DNA of 64,000 nt, taken from assembly GCF_009914755.1 (NCBI RefSeq), contig NC_060929.1; one strand, given 5' to 3'. Positions 24,761 through 37,060 of this stretch are shown here, one piece after another. The DNA is from the human T2T-CHM13v2.0 reference genome, Homo sapiens. Within the stretch, counting starts at the first letter, position 1; the number at the start of each line of letters is the position of its first letter. The notes beneath the pieces are model-generated. The model was not told the DNA's origin. It did no database searches and worked only from the letters and a program-made list of their open reading frames with translations. A program made the position numbers and the translations under genes.

Positions 24761-27700
24761 TCCAGGGTTCCCAGAGTTAATAACTCATCTTTTATAGGAA
24801 CAGGTTTTTTTTTAGATTGCTAAAGCAAAATAATTTGTAATGACATTTCTTTCAAATCCTTTCTGTAAGCATGCGTCTGCTCCTTTGGGGATTTATTCGT
24901 ATATACTGCCTATAGTGACCAAAAAGAAAAATATCTGCGTTCTCTCCAAAATACCTCCTATTTGCATTTTATCAAAAGCCTTACTTCGTTTAACCTCAGT
25001 TTCACATTAAGAGTCTTCAGATTTCTATTGAAAGGCAACAGGCTTACCAAATATAGGTACTAAGGGTTTTGGGTGACGGTAGGGGAAAATTTCAACATAA
25101 CTTTGAACAGAATATTGGGCAGTGTCAAGCACAGTGTTGTGCTGGTGTGCTTGTCTTCCTTATTGAACTGTTTGCCAAGGAAATCCAATCCATGATAAAT
25201 AGACAAATGTCTGAGATCACTGTGGCTCATTCTCTGATGAAACAGCTGCCTCCATGCTGTGTTTGTTGTTACAAGTTATTATAAATACTAATATTTTATA
25301 AGCTCTGGTACAGTTTAGAAATGAATCTCATAAACATAATTCACTATTTCCAAGTTTTCAGCAACACACAGCCTGAAATAATTCTACTCTTGGTCAGCCT
25401 GCAGATTTAGCTGTCAGCTCCAGAAGCTGTGATGAGCAGAGGAAATTTGGGATGTGCAAATTCTTAACCATTCTGTCTTTTAGAATGGCAGAAGAGGTTC
25501 AAGTTTACTTCACCAAATATAATACAATGACTTAAAACAACAGAATAGAAAAGAGTGCCTGTATTTAAAAAATATAAAAGGTATTACAGGATAAGTTAAG
25601 GGGACTAGAATAAAAAGATGGTTTAAACATACAACACACGCAGTGTTGATTATGAAGAAGGCACCATTATTATTTACTTTCTTTTCTAGCAGAAACAAAG
25701 TATGTTATGTAATATTGTATGTAAAGCATCACTTGATGCTATTCTGCTAAAACACTAAATAATTTTCTAGACTCACATTTTTTTCAAATTCTCATCTTAC
25801 TTTTGAAAATCTTGGGATCTGACCTATATCTATAGTCTCTTTTTCACTTATACGTTTATTTCTATATTCACAGAACAAAGCCTCTCTTGCTCTTTTCCCA
25901 TAACTAATTGCTCTTTCATAACTAATTCAAGTCTTCTTTGAAGGTGGTGACTTTTCTTCCCAGTAACCACTTAGGCTTGCTTTATCAATGAGGACCAATC
26001 CATATAGTATATCTCTCAGTGAGCTCATTTTCTAGAAGTGTGACAAACAATAAAGATGTTAACTCCCTTTTATATATATTGGAAATGGGCTTAGTTAATT
26101 GTATGCAATAACTTAATGGATATGCAGGCAAATGGAATAAAGACTGAAATAAAATCTACATCTTAAATCATGGTGACCAATAAAAACATATTGATTCATA
26201 TGTGTCTATATCAGACACTATGTAAAAGTAATAAAGTAGGTGAAAATATTTTGTAAATTCCATGGCACTGTCCACACATTACTGTGATTGTTTTCCCTTT
26301 AAGACATTGCACTGAGAGTGAGTTAAATAAGATGCCAATTACCTATTGGAAACGTAGCCTTAATTAGAGTTGGGAACCCCCCCTCTTTGTATTAAAGGGC
26401 AATAATGATGGAAAGACCTGCTACATGTGGGATCTTTCTTTTCTTTATCCTAAGTCCGTGATGCTATTTGGGTAATAACTGATGAAAGGACTAGGGTGCC
26501 AACCAATTTGCAGTTAAGTGGCTAATTAAGACCCAAAGCAAAGCTGCCAGGAGGTTGGGTCTCTTAGCTTTAAAGTGACACATAAAAGCAATTACGATGG
26601 GGCTGGCTTTGCTAGGACATATTTAAATTTGGACAAAATTTGGGCCAGTTATTATTTTATGTTAATATATTCCCCTATAAGACTCCATCAGAGAGAAAGG
26701 GGAATTATTTAGGACATAAGAAATAATTAGAACATTACTTGAATTCTCTGAACTTCAGATATGAATAAAAAGCAAAACTGTAAAATTAATTTTATGTTTG
26801 CAGTTATAACAGGGTACTATATATATGTAATTAGATTTCCTAGTCTCAGAGGAAAAGGGGATATGTGCATGAAGCACATTATTATTCAAGAGGAGAAAAT
26901 CTCTTAATTCTTGGGTGTGTTGTCACCTGTCTGTCATATTGCATGAGTGTGACACCTAGCCCAGAATGGCAAGATTTTTAGAATTGTTAGATTTAAACTT
27001 GGGACACTCAGGTATTACATTTAAATATAGCTGCTCTAATAGCACAGGGGGGAACAACAGATTCTTTCTGGGTTTAAAAAGGTTTGAAGTTGGTGAGGAA
27101 AAGTAGAGAGAATTTGAGAAGATGAAAATTATAACACAAATTATCCATGTATAAGGGAATGATGGTGGGAGAGTAGATGACTTTTAAAATCATAGCTCCA
27201 GGAGAATCTTAGAGTTGTGGGGAACCACAGTCCGTTTAAACCTTGCTCTGTTGATTTATGATGTCACCATTGAACCCCTTGATGGCATTAAATCCTTGTA
27301 ATTTGCAGTTGCCTAGCATATTTTCCACACACAATTCAATAACTCATTGTGTAGCTACTTCACACACACATATAAACACACACATTAGTGTGAATATGTA
27401 TGTGCTGAATATGTAGTCAGTGGAAACCATGATTTTGTTGTAATAATAAGTTAGGTTAATAAAATACACGAAATCATGGGCTGGATGTGTAGTCACTGTA
27501 TCACCAGCTTTGTCATCAGGCATCCTAAGGGGACAGTACTCCATGTTATTATAAACAGATTTTACCTAAATTTTGTGTATATTCTTTTTAAACATTGAAG
27601 AAGCAAAATTGTAGGGTCAGCCAAAAGTCATTATTGCAGGAAATAAATGAGATTGCACAGAGATAAATAAGGAAATATATTCAATTCACCTAAACATTAC

Positions 27701-28599
27701 AGTAATAGGATTAGAAAATAACAGAGTTATAAATACTAACCCTTCAGGGATACATTCTTCTGCCCTAAGAGGTATGTGGATGGATCTCCTCACTGTCCAG
27801 GGAATCTCTGTTCTCTTCCAAAGAGCCTGGGAATGGCCAGTAATTTTGACTCCATAAAGCCGGGAAAGAGAAGGTTTTGGAACCTTTTCTTTAAGTCTAT
27901 AATACAACTAGTCATTAGCATTTCTGTGGGGGTGAGAGGTGGTGTTTCGACATCTCTTATGCTAGCTTTTAAACTGACTTCTGTAATTATTCTCCAACGG
28001 AAACATGAGTGCCAGCGACTTTCTGGGGAGTTATTTTTATTTCTATTTGAATATTTTAGCTACAATGCTGGATATGCACTGCTGGATCTCTGAGAATGCT
28101 GTTCTAAAATGCTATATTTATAAAATGACCAAAGAGCACATGCTGCCTGGATTAAATTTATCCCAAGATGAGAGGTTTTATCTCTAATCATCTGCTTATT
28201 GACTAATCTGGGTGCATCTTGGGCAGGTTTGATGGTTGAGATGTAACAGGCTAACGTGATCCAGATCCTAAAGGAGTATTCCTTTGTCTTTGTCTTTGTC
28301 TTCCTGAAACATGGAGAAAATGAATCTGGCTGCTCTGAATTCATCATGACTTAGAGTAGCATCCTCATTGAATGAGACTGCCAGTTTGAGATGAAAAAAG
28401 TGGGGTGCTCTTTTTAAAGCAGCACAATATATGAGATCACAGAATTACATAGACTCTCAGAAAGATATTTTTAAAAGAAGTAGGATAGCTTTTCCACAAT
28501 GTGTTTAAAATCCACATTGAGTATAATTCTGAAGAATTATACTTAATGTTCCAGCAACATTGTATCCTCATCTATACTGTGGCCCAGGTCACATGACAG

Positions 28600-28752
28600 T
28601 GTTATTATTTTCATCAGTCTCCTATACCTAGACTGTGAGCTCCTTGAAAAAAAGGAACCTTTAATTGCAACGTTTTTATTCCCATCAATATTCTAAACAA
28701 CATCAGGCACATTGTAAGCAATCACTAAATATAGCTTAAGAAAGATTGAATG
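28600..28752 (+). mobile_element. L2 3' end
   Basis: CTAGACTGTGAGCTCCTTGA..CAGGCACATTGTAAGCAATCACTAAATA..TGAATG. Confidence 0.7.
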
Positions 28753-28787
28753 CTATGCTGTGTTTAAGACACTTATTAGTGAGACAG

Positions 28788-28810
28788 ATTAGATAGATAG
28801 ACAGTAACAT

Positions 28811-28876
<66 letters not shown>

Positions 28877-28890
28877 TAGTTAGATAGATA
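28788..28890. repeat. Compound tetranucleotide STR (GATA)12(GACA)4 GATA GTTA (GATA)2
   Basis: Directly visible; the pure GATA run spans 28811-28858. Confidence 0.97.
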
Positions 28891-29618
28891 TCCCTGTTAC
28901 TTGTAGTAAATTCTACCATGGGACTGCCTTTCTTTGCACTGGTGTTTACTTATAAGGTCTAAATTAAGACTAGATCTTGTGTCTTGCAGATCTGCGTTTT
29001 ATGAAGTCAGGAAATTAGTAAGAAAGTTCCCCATGATAGACTTAATATCCCAACCTTTCTCTTTGGAAGATTTTAATGCCAGCAAATAAAAATTAAAGAA
29101 TTTTTTAATTTTAAGAATCTAGAAATTCCTGACAAGTTCTGGAGTGAGTATAGAATCATTTGCCTTTCTACTATATATATATTAGGGCCCATTAAAAATT
29201 GTAAGCAGCTTTACTGCTGGCTACATTTTCTTCTAGGGTTATTTTCTTTTCTGTTGAGTAATTCCTTAATGCCCAGGGAGTTAAACATTCTGATGGAAAG
29301 GAAGTACTTATCATTTTCTGAGATTTAAAGCTTTGCTGCAATGTTTTTCTTGATCTTGTAATTTTAAAGTGCTACCTGTGTAGTTAAATGTCTCTCTCTT
29401 GATAAATTTATTTCAGTGATATTTCTAAGGTTACACATGTTTGCAAACAGATGTTGCATAAGAAGACTCTAACTCTAAAGCACTTTCCACTTCATTTTGC
29501 TATGTTATCTTAATATATTTTTAGAAGCTATCTGAACTTTTGGACTTTTCTAATTCTCATTGCAATACAAAATCATATAGTATCTAAAGAAAAAGAGAGA
29601 ATCAAAGATATGTCAAGC

Positions 29619-29654
29619 TTGGTTTGGTTTGGTTGGTTTGGTTTGGTTTGGTTT
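29619..29654. repeat. (GGTTT)n pentanucleotide repeat
   Basis: Directly visible. Confidence 0.9.
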
Positions 29655-31225
29655 ACCCCTTGGGATGACATGAGCATCATCTCCAATATCCAATCAACAT
29701 TTTCAGAGGCACATGAGAATGTCCACCAAAAAGTGAGATTATTTTAAAACATTTTATGGCTGCTTTTAATATTTCTTCACTAATGAAAACATGTATCACA
29801 GCTATTACTGAATATAGAAAAAAGTATTTTCTTGATTATTAAATGGTGATATCGTTCAATTATAAAATCTTCTCTTGAGATTAGTACACAATCAGAGATA
29901 ACTTAAAAGTTCTAAATAGCCATTTTTTTCTTCTCTTGCTTTTGTAAAAAAATCATAGACATGATCTTTGAATCTTCATTAATTCTACTCATCCAACGTC
30001 TTATTAGCCTTGCTCCAGATGAGAGCAACCTTTGGAAATGGTCTGCTGTTCTTCAATATCATAGTGATGTATTACCTAACAGCTAACACGTAGTTTCAGC
30101 AGTTTGGTATTTTAAAGAAAGTTGCCAAAACGGATACAGCATACAGAGACTTGAGTGTGTGTGTGTGCATGTATATGTAATCCTAAAATGAAGAGGCATC
30201 TATTCTGGTAATAGCTGTGTACTTGAACCCATCTACAGTTTGATTGTACATCAGTTATGATGTGTCTCTTTCTAACAGGAAGGATACAGATCTTGATGAA
30301 TGGCTAAAAGGTAAGATCATTCTTAAAGGTGTGAGTGATTAATAATGGCCATGCATAGATTTTTTTCTAAGAGTGTAAATAAAATATATCATTCACATGA
30401 AGGGCAGGAGTTTGGCAGGATGATTCATAGTGCATTTGAAGGCATAAAAAGTCAAAGCTAGGGTCTCTTCTAAGCATGTAAAAGAGGAAGCCAGTTTCAC
30501 CATTTAAAATATATGAGTGGATGTTGGTATAGAAATCACATGCCTTATGAGATACTGAAGACTGATTTAATTTTTTAAATTGTCACCAATTAAACAAAAT
30601 AAAAATTTTCTCTTTTAGCAGCTAAAAAATGATAGTAGTACAGGGATAAGAGATAAAAGATGAGGGTGGCTCTTCCATGCTATAGCACTTGGGCCATATA
30701 CTTCAATCCAACCAAGATTTGCTATATAGCTTTTAGATTAGTGGTTACTGTGGAAAGAAAACACTTAAGCTGCAGTATTAGCATAAAGCTTCACTCTAAT
30801 GTGGTTAGCATTCATACCAAAGTACGGTGGAGCCCTACCTATAAAGGTGTTAACTAACACAACAAAAACCAGAAAGCTGTTCTTTGAAGAAAAAAGAATT
30901 ACTTCCAGTGGTGATATCTAAGTACAGTAACATCAGTGTACATGATTGATCTTTGTTTATTCTCTGCCAGCAGCCTAAAGCTCATGATATTTCAAAATGT
31001 ATAAGAACAAGCTTCATGATGATACAATACTACACATCATGCTCCTCCTATGGCCCAGTACTGCAGAGATTGTACAATGCCACAGAAGGAAAAGGTCTGG
31101 ACCCTGGGGCTGAGCTGTGACTCAGCTTATCTCCTTTAAGTCACAAGTGAATGGAGAAGCATATTTGTGCCTTTCTAGCATGAAGTGCAAATAACTATCA
31201 TTATAAACTGTTAAAAACAAAATAA

Positions 31226-31525
31226 TTTTTTTAAAGAGGAGGATCTCTCTCTGTCACCCGGCTTGGAGTGCAATGAAGTGACCACAGCTCACTACAGCCT
31301 TGAAATCCTGGACTCCAGAGATCCTCCCCACCTCAATTTCAGTAGCTGAGATTACAGATGTGAGACATCACAGCCATCTATCTTTTTTTTTTTCTTTTTC
31401 CTTTTCTGTGGAGATGAGGTCTCACTATGTTGCCTAAGCAGGTCTTGGAGTCCTGGTCTCAAGCCATCCTTCTACCTCAGCTCCCAAAGTGCTGGGATTA
31501 CAGGTGTGAGCCACCATGCCTGGCC
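31226..31525 (-). mobile_element. AluJ (AluJo-like), full length
   Basis: Antisense dimeric Alu ending GGGATTACAGGTGTGAGCCACCATGCCTGGCC, with J-type GGTCTCACTATGTTGCC and CTCAAGCCATCCT. Confidence 0.92.
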
Positions 31526-32552
31526 TAAAAAGAAATGTTGATGGCTGTCTAGGATGCTGCGTCCACTAGACACAAAAACAAGAGTCATCATTTGTACTCC
31601 TTTAAGAATGAAGACTTAAAAGTCACTGATTTTTTAATTTATTGACTTAATGGCCTATAAAAGATTTCACTAATGTTATTTTCTTCATTTAATTTCTCTC
31701 CCTGTGAGAACATGGGGCATATAGCCTGGGTATAGTAGAAGGCACAGTGACATTCTCTCTCTGTAGTTATCACAGCCTTCTCCCTGTGTTCTTTGACTGC
31801 CAATGTTCCCTGCAAGTCTGTCTCGTATAAACAATCCAAGCATGAGCCTTATTGATGGACAAAGATATGACAAATACACTGACACAATCAGAAACACGAC
31901 TTTTGAATGTGAAGGGCAAAAATTTTAAAATACCAAATGACCACGTCAGAGGTGAGACTTCACTATATCGAGGTCTTCATAGTATTTTGGAAACATAACC
32001 CCCTTTGAGAACATCTAAGATGTCAATATGCTATACCGACTTAAATACAGCAGACTCTGCCCCTCCCCCTGTTTCTCATTATTTCACTCTCAAAATTCAC
32101 ATTTTGAGGATCATTCTGCTTCTGGATGAGGGAGTACAGGTATGTGTGTACATCCTAGGCATGGATCTTATGACTATCTTCAGCTTTCTGTGGAGGTAGG
32201 TTTAAAATTAGTTCAGTTCTATTATGTAATAAGTTTCAGGATTTGGGAATCTTTGGGTAAATGTGGAACATGTTGCTTATAACACATATTCAAACACAGA
32301 ATTCAAAGGTGTGTCTCCAGAATAGAAATGTTTAAATTATTGTCTGTATCTGGTAAGCACTCTCATGAGACACTTCCATGTGTTGTACCATAAGTTCTGT
32401 CTCCAAGTTATAGTCTCTGGGTAAGTAAAAAGGAAAGCATCAAATGGATCAGATAAATCAGAACTAGGGAGGTGGTGGTTAGGAAGGTAGCTAATAGTAG
32501 ATGTATCAAAATGTTACAATATATTTTCTTCCTCTAGAGTCCCTTTTTAGTA

Positions 32553-32697
32553 GCTAATCATGGTGATGGGAGACTGTAGTACCATCCACTTGGGAGGCTG
32601 AGGGGGGAAGATTGCTTGAGCCCAAGAGGTCAAGGCTGCGGTGAGCCATGATTGAGCCACTGAACTCCAGCTTGGGCAATCTTGTTTCCAAAAAAAA
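32553..32697 (+). mobile_element. FRAM / AluJ right monomer
   Basis: GGGAGGCTGAGG..GATTGCTTGAGCCCAAGAGGTCAAGGCTGCGGTGAGCCATGAT, followed by an A tail. Confidence 0.85.
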
Positions 32698-35600
32698 TCA
32701 TTTTTAGAATATATCTATTTGCAGATTTAATACAGACACTTTATATATTCTTTCATCAAATTTTAAGGAGAATGCACTAATCCGAAAGACAAATGTCATT
32801 TCTATATAATGTGAGTCATATATAAGTAATTGCATTATGGTCTGTGGGAAAATGAAATATACTAATTAGTCATTAATCAATTTAGTAAATACCTAAAACT
32901 TTTTCAGAAAATTTGGCTTTTTTCTATGGCCTTTTCAGAAAATGAGAGTGAGCAAGTCATTTCCTTCTTTGTCTCTTCCATCTGCTGTCCTGCCATGGTA
33001 GTGAGTGAGTCTGTATGATTGTCTTATTCATCCCGTGTGGCTTTGTTGATTAGGGATTTTGCTAATTCTCCAGATATCATCTATTTGGGTCCTTCCCAAG
33101 CTTCTCTTTTTCCTGTCAAGATGACAACAAGATGGTGTATATATTTGCAGATGAGAAGAATCAAATAATTGAAGTTATAAGACACACAGCCATACTTACC
33201 TTGGATTTCCCTAAAGGTGATATTCACTAAAGTCTCTGATTTCATACTTTATGTGGGGGACACAGGAATTCTTCCATGTGTTAATATTTTGCTTTTTATC
33301 TTGCTCTGACCATCACCACCTGTGTCCTTCTGCCTAATTTCTCAACTCCTCAGGATCTGGAAAGACTCCATATTTACCTGGGCAAAAGACTTTCTGTGCT
33401 GAGGTTTCTGACTATGGAGTCTCTAACAGTCTCCAATTTAGAACGGCTGTTACTCCCTTGTTTTGTTTTCTTTTACTTTTACATTCTTCTTTCATCACTA
33501 TGGTACCATTTGTAGACTAGCTCTCATTTAAGAGGCAGCCAGCTCCATAACTTAGCAAATCAATGAGTCTCTCACTGAATTACCAGTATGGAGATAATCC
33601 TGTAAAATAGTGAGATAAGGAATCAATCTCTTTCTACTAGAATGTGCTCAGGTTTAGTCATTGATGCAAAATACTGTGCAAAAGTGGGAAACAATTATCT
33701 CTTAGAATTGGAATTAGCACTTCCTTTCAGAATGTAGTCTTACTTCAATTTTAATTGTTTTAACCATGTTTTGTTTGATTCCTTTGACTCAAAACACACA
33801 GACCAAATAGATGTTTCAGTGAGAAGAGTGTTTACAGAACAATTCAGGTAAGGTATTCCCAGATTGACTGGATGCAATTTTAATGACACAATCATCCTCA
33901 AGTGTGCACCAACTCCTAGTGCATTCCAGTGACTTATTTATCAACATCACAGAACACAAGATTTTTTTCCTCTTACTCTCAATATTTTATAGTAACTCTT
34001 TGGAATCACTAAAAAAATTTTTAAAAGAGTAACACTTCAATAAGAAATATAATAACATGACAGGAATATATTCTAATGTTACTAAATTCTGCTCCCATGA
34101 AATGTAGTGCTTTCTACTTCCAAATCACAAGCCTCCTTTGGTGCCATCATGTTCCAATATACATTTCAGAAAGTTTCAAAGAACTCATAAGATATTAAAA
34201 TTCCAGAAAAATTATTTGTTGAAGACCAAATGTAAATAGATAACATGTTCAGCATCTGAATATTGCAGAATACGTCTCCAAAATGGCCCATATGTTCTTC
34301 TAGAAAAAGCAGCAGTCCTGACAGTAAACCATGAAATATTCTGGAGGCAATGGCAGAGTGCCAGTGTCTTAAGGGACAGCATTTTCCACTTTAAATAACA
34401 GACAAAATAAAGCTTTAAAATGTTCTTGATGATGTAGGATTTAGTAAACCCTTCAGAGGGATGCAAGGAAAACCTTTTCTTCTTAAGATTGATGCTGGGA
34501 AGAAACAGACAAAAAGTAAGAATCGCTCTGCCAAGCAGCATAAAGAATCAATTGGTCTCTTTCTGAAATTTAGGAAATTCAATGAATCGATAGACTGTTA
34601 GGAACTGGGCCACACAGACTGAAAGTGATTCCTTGTAAGTACTAGATACCAGAGATAACACAAAGCTCTTAAGAAAGTGCTGAGCACAAGCATGGATTTA
34701 AAAAGACTGAATTGTGTACGAGCAGGAAAGGAAAACAGCTTATTATTTAGTAGGCATCTGTAAATGGAGACATTTCTGCAAAGGTAAACCAATGCTTAAT
34801 TGAAAGATAAGCGATTTGCAGGTAAATATCAAACTTTATTTTTTTCATTTCTCATTTTATTTTTGTTACTTCTGCTTCACTTATTCTGTCTCTAAAAATG
34901 GCAAAATCTCTGTCATAAAATAATTTGGACTTAATTAACATTCTCCAAGGCAGGCAAGCTGGAAGTATAATAATTCTTTTGAAAGCAAATACCCTTTGAT
35001 GATTACAAGAATCAAGTATGATCAGAGAATTTTTTTCTTGGCCATTTTACAAGAGCCTATCCATCTTTATGTGGCCTATGACACAAAAATTAACATGCGA
35101 AAAATGGTCATTTTAAAACGATAAATAATTAGTGGGGCAGCTGGGTGCCTAAAAAATTTCTTTACGTTATGATAGAAGATACGTTAGACTGAACCACTTA
35201 TTTCAGGCACAATTTTATTTTGTCATTTACTTTCCCATTAAAATGTGAAGTTTATAAGCTGAGATCACAAATAATTTCTTAGGCTTTCTTCCAAATAAGA
35301 AAAGTAAAACAGAAAAGGTAAAAGGAAAGACGTTTTTAATTTAATAAGAAATTTAAATATTAATTATTATAACAAATTAATTTCAAATTTAGAGCTATTA
35401 CTAAGTTATTAGTTTATTGACATTACATTATCACCATATTCATTCACTAACTATCAGGCCAGGATTCTAAAACATGCAGAAAGCATATAGGTTTGAATTC
35501 ACTGGATGATAATATCAAAGATTATCGTTTCTTCTTGTGGTGGAATATTAATTATATCTAAATAATTTTGGGGAAAGGACTTTCTTAATAGTATTTAAGA

Positions 35601-36751
35601 TAGGTAAAATTTTACATTTGCAGTAAGGTAAAGTATTAAAGTAACAATAGTGATAATTACTCAAAGAGCAATTGCAACTTTTATAGTACACTGGCACAGA
35701 AACAAGAGCAATGCTGTATATTCCACTAATTCTAAGCAATTTAAAATTGTCTAAATATGGAGCATGAAGCATGGCACTCAGTGCGTGAACAATGACCATC
35801 CTGAGTGCCTGAATTACGTCACTACCTTGTGGTTATTTATGCATATATGTTTGTGGGATTGGCCTATCTTGGCAACAGTAGCTCCTTTCAAAAACAGCCT
35901 TTACTAGCCAAAGGACATTGATATAGATATTCTAGTTATCCAATAATTCCCTTCAAGTTTAGAAATTATTCTAAATATTTCAAAAATGTATGAAAAAATA
36001 TTATAATCTAGGCTCATAGACCTTGTCTAGGTGGCACTGCTGGCTTCTGTAGGTCTTAGCTCCCAGAAAGCACCTTAAAAATTTTGGTTGAAGGCATTCC
36101 AAAGGGCAGAGCTCTGTAAGATGCAGGCCAGGAGCAAGGGCTTTGCTTGCTAGTACTGTTTTCCTTTGAAGTTTCTAAAAAGCCCTTAGAGGCAAACTCT
36201 GTCTTCCTGTAGCAACAGCACATGCCCCTTTCCATATTATGAGTAATCGTATCTTCAAATGTGTTGCCAGAGAGTGGACTACCCAATAATGTTAGAGTAG
36301 CCTTGCAGAAAGAGATCCATGTCTTATATTTCTGCTAGGTTGTATAAAACCTGGCCCAGGGCTAGTAATACAAAAGTCAACAAATACTTCTTACTTGATA
36401 ATAGCTATTTACCAAATATAGTTAACAAGTAAACTGTAGCAGTGTTACACAACAAAAATCAAGAGTCACTGACACTGTAAAAGTAATTGCTGCTGAGAAA
36501 ATAAATTTATAGTAAGAGCAGTCATTTTTCATTATAAATATTTCAGCCTACAGAAAATAGTACCATATGCCAATTCTTTGGCTGTAGTGAAAGTACTGGG
36601 TGAATTTTACAATTCCTAAATTTATCAACCAAATTAAGTCCTCTATATTGTTTCTTTTACCTTTCCCTGTTTTTCTTATTAGGGACATACATAATCCTTC
36701 TCCTCTCCTTTTACTAGAGCAAATTCAATATTTCATTTTACATTGAATTTC

Positions 36752-37060
36752 TTTTTTTGTTCTTTTTTTTCTTTTTCTTTTTCTTTTTTTTTTTTTGTTT
36801 GAGACAGAGTCTCGCTCTGTTGCCCAGACTGGAGTGCAGTGGCGCGATCTCAGCTCGCTGCAAGCTCCGTCTCCTGGGTTCACGCCATTCTCCTGCCTCA
36901 GCCTCCTGAGTAGCTGGGACTAGAGGCACCCGCCACCATTTCTAGTAGAGACGGAGTTTCACTGTGTTAGCCAGGGTGGTCTCGATCTCCTGACCTCGTG
37001 ATCCTCCCACCTCGGCCTCCCAAAGTGCTGGGATTACAGGTGTGAGCCACCGCGCCCGGC
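36752..37060 (-). mobile_element. AluY with an internal deletion at the linker
   Basis: Y-diagnostic GCAAGCTCCG, CACGCCATTCTC and GTGTTAGCCAGG..GTCTCGATC. TSD TACRTTGAATTTC at 36739-36751 and 37061-37073. Confidence 0.93.

Noticed and set aside
25889-25927. Short tandem duplications (also ~17493, 42218, 48606 and 54284)
   Set aside because: Ordinary slippage events with no array or spacer structure, so not CRISPR-like.
33190-33205. Isolated consensus splice donors (also ~10592, 39528 and 62600)
   Set aside because: No convincing paired acceptor; such motifs are expected by chance in 64 kb.
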